DNA from: Clostridia bacterium
GTDB taxonomy: Bacteria; Bacillota; Clostridia; Oscillospirales; CAG-272
Direction of reading: 5' to 3'
Assembly (NCBI GenBank): GCA_017468385.1
Contig: JAFUIQ010000011.1
Span: forward strand, 1,622 to 65,621
DNA: 64,000 nt
A program made the position numbers and the translations under genes. Of this stretch, positions 7,442-15,796 are shown one piece after another (within the stretch, counting starts at the first letter, position 1; each line of letters begins with the position of its first letter). A model generated the notes under the pieces. The model saw only the letters and a program-made list of their open reading frames with translations, ran no database searches and was not told where the DNA came from.

Positions 7442-8404
7442 ATGAGCATCAAACGAATTCTTTCCGCCGCCCTTGCCGGGCTGATGATTGCTGCCGCCGG
7501 TGCGGCACTGACCTCCTGCAATACCTCCACCGCGGATTACAACATCGGTATTTGCCAGTTGGCGGAGCACGATGCGCTGGACGCCGCTACCAGGGGCTTC
7601 CAGGATTATTTGACAGAAAAACTGGGCGAGAAGGTTTCCTTTGATCTGAAGGTGGCGCAGGGTGAGTTGACCAACTGCACCACCATCGTCAGCAACTTTG
7701 TGGCCGCCGATGTGGATCTGATCATGGGCAATGCCACCAACGCCGTGAAGGCCGCCCGCGAAGCCACCGATAAGATTCCCGTTGTGGGTACGTCCGTAAC
7801 GGATTACGTTTCCTCCGGTATTGTTGCCTCCGACGAGAAGCCCGGTGCCAATGTGACCGGCGTGTCCGACGGCAACCCTGTTTCCGTGCAGGTGGAATTG
7901 ATGAAGACGCTGTGCCCGGCGGTAAAGACCGTGGGTATCGTATACTGCTCCGGTGAGGAGAACTCCCAGATCCAGGCCGATGAGGCCAAGGCGGCCTTCG
8001 AGGCAGCCGGCTACACCGTGAAACTGTACACCGTGGCCGATTCCAACGAGATTCAGGCCGTGGTTACCAAGGCGTGCACCGAGGTAGATGGCTTCTATGA
8101 GCCCACCGACAATCTGATCGCCGCCAATGTGTCCGCCATGTCCAATATCACCACTCCCGCGAAGAAGCCTGTCATCTGCGGTGAGGAAGGTATGTGCAAG
8201 GCAGGCTTCCTGGCTACCTACTCCATCAGCTACTATGAGATCGGCCGCCGCGCCGGTGAGATGGCTTACGAAATTCTCGTAAACGGCAAAAACCCGGGCG
8301 ATATTCCGATCTTCCACTTCGACGCCGCCAGCCTGAACCTGATCATCAATGCAGAAAATGCAGCCGAGATGGGCATCACCATTCCGGATTCGCTGAAGAA
8401 GTAA
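7442..8404 (+). CDS. ABC transporter substrate-binding lipoprotein (PF04392 ABC_sub_bind type; TrpX-like)
   Basis: Start at MSIKRIL (AAAGGAG RBS). Signal peptide with lipobox LTSC. YNIGICQLAEHDALD... is typical of this family. Confidence 0.85.
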   Translation: MSIKRILSAALAGLMIAAAGAALTSCNTSTADYNIGICQLAEHDALDAATRGFQDYLTEKLGEKVSFDLKVAQGELTNCTTIVSNFVAADVDLIMGNATNAVKAAREATDKIPVVGTSVTDYVSSGIVASDEKPGANVTGVSDGNPVSVQVELMKTLCPAVKTVGIVYCSGEENSQIQADEAKAAFEAAGYTVKLYTVADSNEIQAVVTKACTEVDGFYEPTDNLIAANVSAMSNITTPAKKPVICGEEGMCKAGFLATYSISYYEIGRRAGEMAYEILVNGKNPGDIPIFHFDAASLNLIINAENAAEMGITIPDSLKK

Positions 8405-8407
8405 GAT

Positions 8408-9328
8408 ATGAATATTATTGCTTTATTGAATTCACTTCCCGGCGCCGCGGCGCAGGGACTGATCTGGGGTGTCATGGCCATCGGCGTGTACATCTCCTAT
8501 AAGATTCTGGATTTCGCCGATTTGACCGTGGACGGCAGCTTCTGCACCGGCGGCGCCGTTGCCGCCGTGCTGATTGCCTCCGGTATGAATCCCCTGCTGG
8601 CGCTGGTGTTTGCGTTGATCGCAGGCATGGCGGCAGGACTGATCACAGGCCTTCTGCATACCGTGTTCGGCATCCCGGGGATTCTCTCGGGTATTCTTAC
8701 CCAGCTGGCGCTGTATTCCATCAATATGCACATCATGCACGGCAAGTCCAATGTGACCATCAGCCGTACCCAGTTTGATCTGCTTCTGACCAGCGCGTCC
8801 ATTGGCCGCGCCCTGATCGTGGCAGGCATTGCGGTGCTGGCCACGGTGGGGATCCTGTACTGGTTCTTCGGCACATCCCTCGGCGCCACGATCCGCGCTA
8901 CCGGCAGCAATGAGCGGATGTCCCGTGCCCAGGGTATCAACACCAACTATACCAAGGTCCTCGGCCTGGTGATTTCCAACGGATTTGTGGGCCTGGCCGG
9001 CGGCATCCTTGCCCAGTATCAGGGTAATTCCGACATCAACATGGGCCGCGGCGCCATCGTCATCGGCCTGGCCGCTGTCATTATCGGCGAGGTGGTGCTC
9101 GGACGTGTCTCCAATTTTGCCCTTCGCCTGGGCGCTACCGTGTTCGGCGCGGTGGTGTACTATGCGGTTCTTGCCTTCGTTCTCTGGCTGGGACTGAATT
9201 CCATGGATCTGAAGCTGTTCTCCGCCGTCACGGTGGCGATCTTCCTGGCGTTCCCCTACCTGAAGGGAAAATATCTGAAAAAGAAAAAAACGGCGGTAAA
9301 GGAGGAACAACATGCTTCAGCTCAATGA
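8408..9328 (+). CDS. ABC transporter permease (BPD_transp_2 type)
   Basis: 306-aa polytopic protein, 4 nt after the binding-protein gene. Its end overlaps the ATPase start. Confidence 0.85.
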   Translation: MNIIALLNSLPGAAAQGLIWGVMAIGVYISYKILDFADLTVDGSFCTGGAVAAVLIASGMNPLLALVFALIAGMAAGLITGLLHTVFGIPGILSGILTQLALYSINMHIMHGKSNVTISRTQFDLLLTSASIGRALIVAGIAVLATVGILYWFFGTSLGATIRATGSNERMSRAQGINTNYTKVLGLVISNGFVGLAGGILAQYQGNSDINMGRGAIVIGLAAVIIGEVVLGRVSNFALRLGATVFGAVVYYAVLAFVLWLGLNSMDLKLFSAVTVAIFLAFPYLKGKYLKKKKTAVKEEQHASAQ

Positions 9329-10106
9329 GATTCGCAAAACCTTCAACGCCGGTACCGTCAACGCCAAGGTGGCATTGGACGGGGTGACCCTTACGCTGAA
9401 CGACGGCGATTTCGTGACCGTCATCGGCGGTAACGGCGCCGGCAAATCCACCATGCTCAACATTGTGGCCGGCACCTATCCCGTGGATTCCGGCACGATC
9501 CGGTTGGATGAAGAAGATATCACTGCCCTGCCCGAGTATAAGCGGGCCCGCCTCATCGGCCGTGTGTTCCAGGATCCCATGACGGGTACCGCGGCGGATA
9601 TGTGGATCGAGGAAAATCTGGCCATTGCCGCCCGCCGCGGAAAGCGGCACGGCCTGGGCTGGGCCATCACCCAGAAGGAAAGGGTGGCCTACCGGGAGAT
9701 GCTGAAAAGTCTTGATCTGGGGCTGGAGGATCGGCTGTCCACCAAGGTGGGGCTGCTGTCCGGCGGCCAGAGACAGGCACTGACCTTGCTGATGGCCACG
9801 ATGAATCATCCGAAGCTGCTGCTCCTGGACGAGCATACCGCGGCGCTGGACCCGAAAACCGCCGCCAACGTCCTGGCCTTGTCCGATAAATTCATTGAGG
9901 AAGGCAAACTGACAGCACTGATGGTCACCCACAATATGAAGGACGCCATTGCTCACGGCAACCGTCTGATCATGATGAATGCGGGGCGCATCATTCTGGA
10001 TGTGAGCGGTGAGGAGAAAAAGGCGCTGACTGTGGATGCCTTGCTGGAAACCTTCGCAAAAGCCAGCGGCACGGAATTTGCCAACGATCGAGCATTGCTC
10101 GCGTAA
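9312..10106 (+). CDS. ABC transporter ATP-binding protein
   Basis: Walker A GGNGAGKST, signature LSGGQRQ, Walker B LLLLDEHTAALD. AAGGAGG RBS. Confidence 0.95.
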   Translation: MLQLNEIRKTFNAGTVNAKVALDGVTLTLNDGDFVTVIGGNGAGKSTMLNIVAGTYPVDSGTIRLDEEDITALPEYKRARLIGRVFQDPMTGTAADMWIEENLAIAARRGKRHGLGWAITQKERVAYREMLKSLDLGLEDRLSTKVGLLSGGQRQALTLLMATMNHPKLLLLDEHTAALDPKTAANVLALSDKFIEEGKLTALMVTHNMKDAIAHGNRLIMMNAGRIILDVSGEEKKALTVDALLETFAKASGTEFANDRALLA

Positions 10107-10116
10107 AAATATGGAT

Positions 10117-10153
10117 AAAACAAGAAGGAGTCCGCAGGACTCCTTCTTGTTTT
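10117..10153. terminator. Bidirectional terminator between convergent genes
   Basis: ACAAGAAGGAGTCC-GCA-GGACTCCTTCTTGT, a 14-bp perfect stem flanked by A- and T-runs. Confidence 0.8.
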
Positions 10154-11081
10154 ATGGATCTGTGAACGCCTTGATTTCCTCGGGGGTGTACAGAATTTCC
10201 GTGTAATCCTCCTGCATATATTCCGGTAGTTTTTCCAAAAGGAATCGGATAAAATGCTTGGTGGCCACGGGCAGCATGGCCTGATCGCTGTACGCCAGGG
10301 ATATGGTGCGCTTGATGGGCGGATCGGTGGGAATGCGGCACACACGGTACATACTGCGATCCAGAATCATGTCGGGCAGTATGCTGACCCCCAGCCCCTG
10401 CTCGATCATGGACAGAATTGTATAGTCGTCGTGGATGCGGTAGGGAATGGGCGGGGTGATGCCCCGGGGCGTCAGCGCGTTCAGAACCGTATTGATGCTT
10501 CCTTCTTCCACCAAAATCAGCGGCACGTCGGAAAATTCTGCGAGCGGAATGACTTCATAGCGGGCCAGCGGATGCGCCTCGGGCACCGCGGCGGCAAAGG
10601 AATCCCGGAATAAAGTGATCTGGGACAGATTGGCGGCCACCTCGGGATAAATGAAGGCGAAATCGATGATGCCTGCCTTGATCCATTCCGGCAGGGTGGA
10701 GTTGTCGCCCATCTGGAGCACGAAGCGGGCCTTGGGATAGAGCAGGCTGAAATCGCGCATCAAACGGGTCAGCACCCGCTGGGACATGCTGGGGAAGGTG
10801 CCGATGCGGATTTCTCCCGACTCCAGGCCGTTGATCTCCCGCACCCGATCGGTCAGCTCTCTTTGATCGGATACGATCTTGCGGATGAGCGGGTACAGCT
10901 TCTTTCCCTCCGGAGTCAGCTTGACACCGGAACGGGTGCGCACCAGAAGGGTCATGGAAAACTCGTTTTCCAGCGAGCGGATCATCTGGCTGATGGCCGC
11001 CTGGGTGTAGCCCAGGGATTCGGCGGCGCGGGTAAAGCTGCCCAGTTCCATAATGCGGCAGAAGGCAATATAGCGGGTCAT
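10152..11081 (-). CDS. LysR-family transcriptional regulator
   Basis: Start at MTRYIAFCRIMELGSFTRAAESLGYTQAAISQMIRSLE (LysR HTH), with GGAGGT RBS. The track ORF extends upstream without support. Confidence 0.9.
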   Translation of the reverse strand: MTRYIAFCRIMELGSFTRAAESLGYTQAAISQMIRSLENEFSMTLLVRTRSGVKLTPEGKKLYPLIRKIVSDQRELTDRVREINGLESGEIRIGTFPSMSQRVLTRLMRDFSLLYPKARFVLQMGDNSTLPEWIKAGIIDFAFIYPEVAANLSQITLFRDSFAAAVPEAHPLARYEVIPLAEFSDVPLILVEEGSINTVLNALTPRGITPPIPYRIHDDYTILSMIEQGLGVSILPDMILDRSMYRVCRIPTDPPIKRTISLAYSDQAMLPVATKHFIRFLLEKLPEYMQEDYTEILYTPEEIKAFTDP

Positions 11082-11242
11082 AGATACCTCCCGGACGTAA
11101 TTCACTGGAATCAGTATACCCGTTTGCGGCGGCTGTGTCAAGGGTGGTGGGGAGAATTGATCCGTATTGACAGGCCAAACCATGTATGTTATAATGTTTT
11201 AAAACGAGCGATATTTGTCAATAACATCATTTGGAGGTATTT

Positions 11243-12214
11243 ATGGCATTACAGAATCAGCGCGTACAAGCACCGCAAACAGGAAGCCGCGGGGCTTATG
11301 AGGTAACCTACGTGAAATCCCGTTCCAATCTGCTGGCGGTGGCGGCGTTTACTTTGGTAAACGTGATCCTTGCTCTGGTTGGCTCGGATTCCTATTTTTT
11401 ATTCTCTGCATCCGTTCCGTATTTTGTGTCGATTTTCGGCCGCGCTTTCTTCGAGGAACTGGGATCCGCGGTTTATCTGATTATCGCCGGCGTGATTTCT
11501 CTGGTGATTACGGGCCTGTATTTCCTGTTCTGGGCCATGACCAAGCGGCACCGTGAGTGGCTGGACGCCGCCACCGTGTGCTTTGGTGTGGATTGCCTGG
11601 GACTGGTTTTGTGGACCGTGCTTTTTGGATTTGATGCGTCTCTGATCATCGATTATGTATTCCACGCATTTGTCATGTTTTATCTGATCAGCGGATCCAT
11701 TGCCGCCCATAAATTGATCAAGATGCCCCCGGTGGAACCTGTCTCCATGGAAGCCGGTATCCCGCAGATGGTGAATGAAACGCCCGCTGGGGAAACGGCG
11801 GAAGAACTGCCTGCGGAAGATGCATCTGCCGTGGAAACGCCCGCCGAGGAACCCGCCGAGGAAGTGCCCGCTGCCGCGGAATCGGATGAAGCCGCCGCGA
11901 TTGAAGGAGAGCCCGTTCCCGATGAAACGGGAAAAAAGGACTATCGCGGTAAAACCATTCCCGCGAATTACTACAGAGGATTGGAAGCGGTCGGCGGCAA
12001 ACTGGCTTTTGACGACCGGGGCATGACTTTCCGCTCCCATGCGCTGAACATCCAAACGGGAGAAACCAGAATCGAATACAAGGATATTCTGAACGCACAG
12101 ACGAGGGGGCTCCTGACCGAGATATCCGTATACACGAAGGATGGGGCGGAGCATCGGTTTGTCGTATATCACCGGAAAGATGTAGTTGCTTTCCTGGAAA
12201 GCGTAAAAGGATAA
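11243..12214 (+). CDS. Hypothetical 4-TM membrane protein with an acidic P/A/E-rich linker and a possible GRAM/PH-like C-terminal domain
   Basis: ATG at 11243 follows GGAGG (the track start at 11231 is a TTG inside the RBS). The domain call is tentative. Confidence 0.55.
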   Translation: MALQNQRVQAPQTGSRGAYEVTYVKSRSNLLAVAAFTLVNVILALVGSDSYFLFSASVPYFVSIFGRAFFEELGSAVYLIIAGVISLVITGLYFLFWAMTKRHREWLDAATVCFGVDCLGLVLWTVLFGFDASLIIDYVFHAFVMFYLISGSIAAHKLIKMPPVEPVSMEAGIPQMVNETPAGETAEELPAEDASAVETPAEEPAEEVPAAAESDEAAAIEGEPVPDETGKKDYRGKTIPANYYRGLEAVGGKLAFDDRGMTFRSHALNIQTGETRIEYKDILNAQTRGLLTEISVYTKDGAEHRFVVYHRKDVVAFLESVKG

Positions 12215-12302
12215 AGTACATATCAAAAACCAAAAGCAGGACTTGACAACTCCTGCTTTTTTTTATCAAAGTTTTTGAGGGGTGTGGCATCGTATTCCTT
12301 AT

Positions 12303-13292
12303 TTATTCCCCATACGCCGCGGCGGCGCGCTTCAGCAGATTTTGCATCTTCTCCCGCACGTCCGTGGGGGATTCGATTACGATCCCATCGCCGAAGGCGG
12401 CGATCCATCCGAGAAATTGGGGACTAACGATGACGCGTACCGCCACGGTAAAGGAATCCGTCCCGGCCTGTATCCGTACATCCGTGCCGAACTGATCCAG
12501 AATCGCGCCGGCCAGATCGGCGCGGCACCGCAGAACGAGGAGCTGTTCCTCCCCGCCGTACATGCCGAATACCTTCTTGGAAAATTCAGCGGTATCAAAA
12601 TCGGAAAAATGCTCCCCGCCCAGCCGGGGCTGATCGGTGACGTTCACGCGGAGGATCTTATCCACCCGGAAGTATTTCACGGCATCTGCCTCGCCGTCGT
12701 AGGCGAGCAGATAGTAATTCTCGTCCTCCCACGTCAGTGCCCAGGGGCTGACGTGATAGATTTTGCCGCCGTGGCGCAGAACCTTTTCCTTTTTCATGTT
12801 CCAGGAAAAATACTGGAAGGTGATGGTGCGGTTTTCCTGCATGGCCCGGTGCAGATGGTCCACCGTGTAATAGATGCTCTCGTTCATGGTCTTCACGCGG
12901 CCGGCCACAAATACCTGACGGGACAACTTTCGTGCCTCGTGGGTGCTGGTCAACCCCTCCAGCTTGCGGATCAGCTCCGCGCTTTTTTTGTGGGTGATGA
13001 ATTTGGAGGACTGCACCGCGTCCACCAGCAGTTTCAGCTCTGTCAGCTCCAGTGTCCTGGATGCTACATAATATCCGGGACAGCGTCCGGCGGTCATCTC
13101 AATATCCATCCCGAATTCCCGCAGGGTGGCCAGATCGCTGTAGATGCTTTTCCGCTCGGCCGGGATCCCATATTCCTCCCCCAGAATCCGCAGGATGTCC
13201 GCCATGGACAACGCGTGATCCTCGTCGGTGCGCTCGTGCAGCATGCGGGCCAGGTAGAGCAGTTTCGCTTTTTGACGTTCGTTTTTCGGCAT
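12303..13292 (-). CDS. WYL-domain transcriptional regulator (HTH-WYL-WCX architecture)
   Basis: Start at MPKNERQKAKLLYLARML (AGGAGA RBS). N-terminal wHTH and a central WYL-type block ...TFQYFSWN...YHVSPWALTWEDENYYLLAYD. Confidence 0.8.
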   Translation of the reverse strand: MPKNERQKAKLLYLARMLHERTDEDHALSMADILRILGEEYGIPAERKSIYSDLATLREFGMDIEMTAGRCPGYYVASRTLELTELKLLVDAVQSSKFITHKKSAELIRKLEGLTSTHEARKLSRQVFVAGRVKTMNESIYYTVDHLHRAMQENRTITFQYFSWNMKKEKVLRHGGKIYHVSPWALTWEDENYYLLAYDGEADAVKYFRVDKILRVNVTDQPRLGGEHFSDFDTAEFSKKVFGMYGGEEQLLVLRCRADLAGAILDQFGTDVRIQAGTDSFTVAVRVIVSPQFLGWIAAFGDGIVIESPTDVREKMQNLLKRAAAAYGE

Positions 13293-13436
13293 AGTTTCTC
13301 CTAAAGGATCGTTTTTTGTGGATTGAGTCCCGTTTATCGGACACATAAAAGGGTATACTGATACCAGGAAAGGGGCAAGGGACATACTCCCCGGCCTGTC
13401 CGCATAGAATGTATCAATGAAATGGGGGATTGCATC

Positions 13437-13637
13437 ATGAAAAAAGGACAAAGAAACACCCGTGCCGCACGGGAATTGCGGGGAACCTTCTGGGGCGTGG
13501 CCGCCATGCTGGTGGCGTACGTTAGCTTTGTTTGTATCGTGAAGGATCACGGATCTGCCATGGTGTGGGTGGCAGTGATTGCCACTCTTGTGGGCGGCGG
13601 GGCACTGGAGATCTTTACCCGGTTTGCCAAGGAATGA
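13437..13637 (+). CDS. Hypothetical small 2-TM protein (66 aa), divergent from the WYL regulator
   Basis: ATG at 13437 lies 7 nt after GGGGA. Basic N-terminus followed by two hydrophobic helices. No homology recognised. Confidence 0.4.
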   Translation: MKKGQRNTRAARELRGTFWGVAAMLVAYVSFVCIVKDHGSAMVWVAVIATLVGGGALEIFTRFAKE

Positions 13638-14026
13638 TTGGCAGGGACTCCTTTATATCCTACCACGGGATTCATTCGTTGTCAAATGAGTACATCAAAA
13701 TGAATGGACGAAAAACAGGAGACCGTATTTGCGCACGACTACCGATGGTTATATTCAGCGTAAATCACTGTGATAATATCAACGAATAGTGTGAAAAGCG
13801 CAATGGACTGCGGGGAATTTGTGTGATATAATCAACATATTAGAGATATCATTAGCGATATACATGAAAAAGGCGGTCAGCCGTTTCTACAAGACTTGAC
13901 GCCATGGTGAGTGTTTCCATTGTTTTTGCCTGTAAATCCATTGAATCGTGTATAGAAATGATTTGCTGACTGTGCTGCACTGGTGTCGTGTGATATCCTA
14001 AAAAAAATTAAAGGAGAAAGATTGCA

Positions 14027-15538
14027 ATGACTGCGAAGAGAATTTTAGCAGGGCTTCTGGTGCTGCTTATGTTGGTCCCCGTGTTCTGTGCTTGTAATCC
14101 GGACATGCCCGACACACCGGATGTCCCCGGCAGTGACTCCGATACCAACCCGGAAGATACGACTCCTCCGGAAGATAAGGGATTGGTTCTGGATGTTACG
14201 GATTTTGACGGCACTGCCCTGCGTATTTATGGCTTGAGCAAAGATTACGCCTACGGTTACTATGCTACCGACGACATCTGGATTGAGGCTGACTCCTCGG
14301 ATCCTATGGAATCCGCTGTGTACAAACGTGTACAGGATTGTATCAATAAATACAATTTCAACATTCAGTATACAGAAACCTCGGGCAACGGTGTGAATGA
14401 TCTGTCCGGACTGGTTGCAGGCGGTCTGGATGAAGCGGATTTCTTCTTCTTGAACTGGCGATTTGCTTACGCTGCTTCCAAGGCCGGTCAGTTTTTGGAT
14501 ATGAGAGAATGCCCGACGATCGATCTGAACAACGAGTGGTGGGATCAGAACGCAATTCGTGATCTGGCTATTGCCAACCGTGTGTTCTATACTGCCGGTG
14601 ATATCATTTCCCGTGATGATCAGAATACCCGTATGCTGTTCTTCAACAAGACTCTTGCTGAAAATAAGCATTTGGCATCTCCTTACGAGATGGTAAGAAA
14701 CAACGAGTGGACCTTTGATAATTTTGCTCAAATGTGCCGCGACGTGAAAGACGATGTGGATGGTAACGGTGCTCTGGATGAGGACGATATCATTGGATTC
14801 TTCTGGGAAGAATATCTGTTCAACTATCTGATGGTGGCCGCGGGTGAGCGCTACTGCACAGTTTCTCCCCAGGGTGAGATCACGTATACCTGGCTGCAGA
14901 ATTCCGAAGCCGCTACAAAGATGGAAACCATTGCAGGGTTGATGGTAGAACCCGGTATTACATTCAGTGTACATGACTATACGGACATCGGTGCTTATTC
15001 CAACAAATATGCATACGGTCGCGGCAAATTCAGTGCAGGTAAGCATCTGTTTACTTTGACCGCCGCTGATGCAGTATCTGAGGTTGCTGACATGGAAGAC
15101 GATTTCGGTATGCTTCCGCTGCCGAAGTGGTCCTCGGATCAGACTACGTATTACCACACAGTAGATATTGAAACGCCTCTTGGCGGTATCCCCAACACCA
15201 AGGTCGATACCACTATGATCGGCTATATGCTGGAGTATCTTTCCTACGAAGGTCGCGAAACAATTCGTCCTGCATTCTACGATCAGATGCTGAAGCGCCG
15301 TTATGCTCAGGATTCCGATAGCCAGGATATGCTGGATATTATCTTCTCCACCAAGACGTTTGACGTTGCATTTGTTTGTAACTGGAGCGGACTTCTGAAC
15401 ATTGCAGACAACAGCATTCGTTCCGGTAAAATTCCGTCCGCTACTCCCTTTACCAGAGCCGGAAGAGTTGTTCTGGGCCAGATCGAAGATGAGTATAACA
15501 ACTTTTTGAATGTGGGCTTGGAAGAAGTAACGGAATAA
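14027..15538 (+). CDS. Large extracellular solute-binding-type lipoprotein (family-1 SBP, LplA/LipO-like), orphan
   Basis: AAAGGAGAAAG RBS. Signal peptide with lipobox FCAC followed by a D/P/T-rich linker. The roughly 500-aa size and composition fit sugar SBPs. No permease genes are adjacent. Confidence 0.7.
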   Translation: MTAKRILAGLLVLLMLVPVFCACNPDMPDTPDVPGSDSDTNPEDTTPPEDKGLVLDVTDFDGTALRIYGLSKDYAYGYYATDDIWIEADSSDPMESAVYKRVQDCINKYNFNIQYTETSGNGVNDLSGLVAGGLDEADFFFLNWRFAYAASKAGQFLDMRECPTIDLNNEWWDQNAIRDLAIANRVFYTAGDIISRDDQNTRMLFFNKTLAENKHLASPYEMVRNNEWTFDNFAQMCRDVKDDVDGNGALDEDDIIGFFWEEYLFNYLMVAAGERYCTVSPQGEITYTWLQNSEAATKMETIAGLMVEPGITFSVHDYTDIGAYSNKYAYGRGKFSAGKHLFTLTAADAVSEVADMEDDFGMLPLPKWSSDQTTYYHTVDIETPLGGIPNTKVDTTMIGYMLEYLSYEGRETIRPAFYDQMLKRRYAQDSDSQDMLDIIFSTKTFDVAFVCNWSGLLNIADNSIRSGKIPSATPFTRAGRVVLGQIEDEYNNFLNVGLEEVTE

Positions 15539-15604
15539 TCCCAGATATGTGTCATGGCTGTCTGGAATGATCGGGGTTATGACGCAGACTGAAGAAACAA
15601 CTGA

Positions 15605-15640
15605 GAAGGTGCCGCATCCTACCATGCGGCACCTTCTTTT
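15605..15640 (+). terminator. Terminator of the SBP-like gene
   Basis: GAAGGTGCCGCAT-CCTACC-ATGCGGCACCTTC + TTTT. Confidence 0.75.
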
Positions 15641-15661
15641 CCTGTTTTTTACAAGGAAGAA

Positions 15662-15698
15662 AACAGTGGCTGTTGCATTTAATGCAACAGCCACTGTT
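15662..15698 (-). terminator. Long perfect palindrome, likely the terminator for the CotH operon
   Basis: AACAGTGGCTGTTGCATT-T-AATGCAACAGCCACTGTT. On the minus strand it is followed by GTTTTCTTCC. Confidence 0.6.
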
Positions 15699-15796
15699 GC
15701 CTGTGTTCAGGCGGCTTGCTTGAATTTGTCGAGTGACGAAAATGGAGTTCCGAGCCTACGGAACAGTTCCTTGGCAAAGTCTACCGGTTACGCTGC

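Noticed and set aside
14045-15694. 549-aa minus-strand ORF
   Set aside because: It is antisense to the SBP-like lipoprotein gene, which has an RBS, a lipobox and a terminator. The antisense ORF also runs through the plus-strand terminator hairpin.
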